The position numbers and the translations under genes are program-made. A stretch of 64,000 nt of DNA from Paramoeba atlantica (Eukaryota; Protista; Discosea): contig CDRNVI010000065.1 in assembly GCA_977017575.1 (NCBI GenBank), positions 310,001 through 374,000 of the forward strand, read 5' to 3'. The notes below the pieces were generated by a model. The model was given only the letters and a program-made list of their open reading frames with translations. It had not been told where the DNA came from and searched no databases. The first letter of the stretch is position 1; the number at the start of each line of letters is the position of its first letter. Of the stretch, positions 61,134 to 64,000 are shown in pieces.

Positions 61134-61320
61134 TTCATTATTTTGAAACTTGTAGCCAAAATAAATAAGCTATCCTGGTATACAACTTGCAAAACAACAC
61201 TTTGCAGTAGAATAACAGCAAAAGGAGAGTGATATACTGAAATCCGGGTAAACCTGGGATCAATTGGACTGAAGAATTGTAAGTCATGTATGAATAAATA
61301 ACTCATTCCATTCGCACATG

Positions 61321-62532
61321 CTACTTCGTTGCGTTTGCATGAACTGCACCCTCCTTCACGAAAAGCGTTTTTTCCTTGACCCCATGCTCCTCCAGCGGGG
61401 CCAACGTTTCCACGATACTATCAAGCTCCGGTAGAGGATAGCGCAGCAGCGCGGCAATCCCAGACATTTGCGCGAGCTGCCTTCCGGTGACATGCAACGA
61501 GGAGAAGAACAACACCTTCCCCCCGAGCTCATGGACGTTATCTACCAATGCAACGTATCGCCTACGCGTGGGATACCCCGCACTCAACAGCGTATCACAC
61601 AGTAGTAGCGTGTCCACAGCATTCCGAGTGATCGCCTCCGCAACATGCCGGGGGCCATAGCACACCGTGTCCGGGTCTTCGTTCATGTTTTTAAAAAACA
61701 GTTCCAACGCTCGTGCCTCCTCACACGCCTTCACGTCGGCTAACTGGGACCGCAGCCCGGGATCGGCCAGAGCCTCAGCCAACGCTCGTCGGTGCGCACT
61801 GTGCAGAAGACAGGACACAAATCGACTCTTGTGTTGCACAGCTTCTGGACTATTATGAAATAAATACTCCAGGAATTGTTCTCGTAAGAATCCCGGGGAT
61901 CCGATCACACAAACTTTTACATGCTCCCAGTGAACATGTCGCTCCATGGCGGAAATAATTTTATCGAAAAACTTTTCCATCGCCTTGTCCCGGCTGGATG
62001 GATCGTAACAAGCACGAGATTTTCTCGGTACCCCAGACTCGATAGTTTCTCGTGTAAGTGTCATGCTGGGGGTAATTAACGATATATGTGCGACCCCGGG
62101 TTCCATGGTCACCGCCGCGAGCTCCGCAGAGGCTACACGGTCACAGGAGGCTTTAATGTGTTCCATATGGGCGGGATCCCAGGACCCTTTCCCGACACTC
62201 AGCTCGTACCCGAGCTGCAACGTAAATGTGTGATGCTGTCCGAGTCGCACGAATTCATTCTCCCCAATGTTAATCCCCGCGACCCGTAGAGTGAGGCTCA
62301 CGGCGTCATACTCAATACGCACGAGCCGAAGGATTAGCGTCAACACTTTACGATGGGCTGTGGCAGATTTACCCCCCGAGGCGTCGGTTTGAATCTTTCG
62401 TGTGGTCTTGGTTTTAATCGTGTCCCCGGCGGCTAGAAGGTTGTACAGGTCCCACATGTCCTCGGCGTGCTCGGGAAGTAACGTGAGTCGCCCACCCCCC
62501 TCGCGGTCCATGGACTTGCGTAATATTTTCAT
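61321..62532 (-). CDS. PELO: Pelota/Dom34, copy 2
   Basis: Identical to 50791-52002. Confidence 0.93.
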   Translation of the reverse strand: MKILRKSMDREGGGRLTLLPEHAEDMWDLYNLLAAGDTIKTKTTRKIQTDASGGKSATAHRKVLTLILRLVRIEYDAVSLTLRVAGINIGENEFVRLGQHHTFTLQLGYELSVGKGSWDPAHMEHIKASCDRVASAELAAVTMEPGVAHISLITPSMTLTRETIESGVPRKSRACYDPSSRDKAMEKFFDKIISAMERHVHWEHVKVCVIGSPGFLREQFLEYLFHNSPEAVQHKSRFVSCLLHSAHRRALAEALADPGLRSQLADVKACEEARALELFFKNMNEDPDTVCYGPRHVAEAITRNAVDTLLLCDTLLSAGYPTRRRYVALVDNVHELGGKVLFFSSLHVTGRQLAQMSGIAALLRYPLPELDSIVETLAPLEEHGVKEKTLFVKEGAVHANATK

Positions 62533-64000
62533 GGAGACATTTCGTTCTACGCAACGAAAACAAAGTCAGAAATGCGGAGGCATGTAAAGTAGCCTTGGGG
62601 CTTCAACATTGCAAAGAAAAGGTCCGAATTAGAGGTTCAAGTTCTTCTCCTCCGGATTTGAAGTATATTTTTGTACGATACCATTTCTATGAAAGTTAAT
62701 CTATCATAATGAACTTTAAAGTGTCAGTTTCATAATGATACTGGCTTCACTAGGTTCACTGCTCGGGCTTAATTTTTTAGTAGTATATACCTTTTTTAAC
62801 TGACTGCAAACGGGGTACTCTCCCCCCCCCTATCCTAGCGTTGCCTGGTTTTGGTGAAAAGCAACGCTAGGAGGGGGCGGGGGAGTAAAAACCCCCACCA
62901 ATGGGGAATTTCGAATAATGTACTTGCTCATCGGGCCACGATTTTCAAGTGAATCTTTAGACATGTCGATGACGGTTCTAAGATGGTAATATAGCCATGG
63001 TAATATAGCCATTAGTGAGACTAATGGCTAATGACAGTAATAACATGGGATTGATAAATTGTTGAAATCGATAAAAAAATGTCTTCATGAATATAGAACT
63101 CGGAAAAAAAGAACAAAAAAAAAATCTGCCGCTTCGCGGCTGGATTAGTCATCCTCAAAAGCAACGCTAGGAGGGGGGGGACCGGGGCAACGCTAGGATA
63201 GGGGGGGGAGTAATATTACTTCCCCCCCTACTTATGCGCAACCGTTTGACCCGGCCACTTAAGCGCAATTTTGACGCATCGTTCAGAAGAACAGCGCCGC
63301 AAAGCGGCGCGATCTTTTTTTGTGGTACGAAATTTTGTACCAATTTTCGCCACTATTGAAATGGAGAGTCTGCAGGTAGTCCCTTTGGACGTTCAAAAAT
63401 GATCTTCATCGATCTCCATCGATCTCCTCTGATCCACACTGACCTCCACCGATCTGTACGGCGAGTCTTTGCAAACTATACTGTACTGTTCATCAGAGGA
63501 ACATCAGAGTACTGTACTATACTGTACTGTTCATCAGAGAATGTATGGTGAAAATGTACTGTGAACAGCGATTTTTTTGAAAATGTTCCTCAGAGGGTTG
63601 AAACCTGTCAGGTTTTGCCGGGTTTTGCCAGGTTTTGCCTGGACACCTATTTTGGGAGGGTTACTTTGGGAGGCGTGCCACGGCTTCAAGAAGGGGCATT
63701 TTGTGAAAACTGAACCAATATTCGCACTTTTCTCATTTCTGGTAAAAAAAAAGTTTATTTGAACTTTTTTCTGCCCCTTTTTTATGATGAATTGTGTTTG
63801 TGTACATTAATTTTATATAAACGGTGTGTTTTTTGAATTCGTTTGTGCTTCTTTATCTTCTCACCTTTTAATGACGCGCACTGGATGCGTTAAGGTTGTC
63901 GTTCAATAATTATCATTAGAAAAATGTCCTCCAGGGGTGAGAATCAATGTCTTAAAAGGATGCGAAAGCACTCTCCAGTGGCGCAGAAAGTGATATGTTA

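Larger units (their letters stand above)
44235..64000. repeat. Tandem segmental duplication: unit 44235-54763 (10,529 bp), second copy from 54764 past the window end
   Basis: Identical ORFs at offsets of 10529/10530; differences seen are one SNP (48086 a / 58616 g region) and a 1-nt G-run length change. Confidence 0.95.

Overview
Eukaryotic, intron-less, gene-dense DNA. All 23 recognisable host CDSs lie on the minus strand, as in a kinetoplastid polycistronic gene cluster. Mitochondrial HslU, kinetoplast-type family A DNA polymerases and a trypanosomatid-like EF1B N-terminal domain support this. A non-trypanosomatid kinetoplastid such as Perkinsela is my inference, not a proven assignment. 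Genes in coordinate order: importin-beta family protein (runs off the left edge, missed by the ORF track), HslU, NDOR1, three probable mitochondrial proteins, a helical-repeat plus PIN protein, a double EF1B-N-domain protein, BOP1, two tandem PolA polymerases, a CTL transporter, RPL18, BRCA2 with 21 BRC repeats, a double-PHD protein, eIF5, Wss1/WLM, an orphan and Pelota. The last four are tandemly duplicated as a near-identical 10,529-bp unit. Transposon-derived islands at about 4.7-6.2 kb, 19.8-25.7 kb, 46.9-48.9 kb and 52.3-54.8 kb hold Tc1/mariner, PIF/Harbinger-like, APE- and REL-type non-LTR remnants and many inverted repeats. Highlights: (1) a PolA pair sharing a near-identical ~510-bp exonuclease tract, with one copy lacking the ExoI acidic residues; (2) the BRC expansion with higher-order structure and an N-terminal NZF/RanBP2-like finger; (3) N- and C-terminal Harbinger-like transposase pieces bracketing host genes in the duplicated unit; (4) recurring C-rich to G-rich skew switches inside housekeeping genes.
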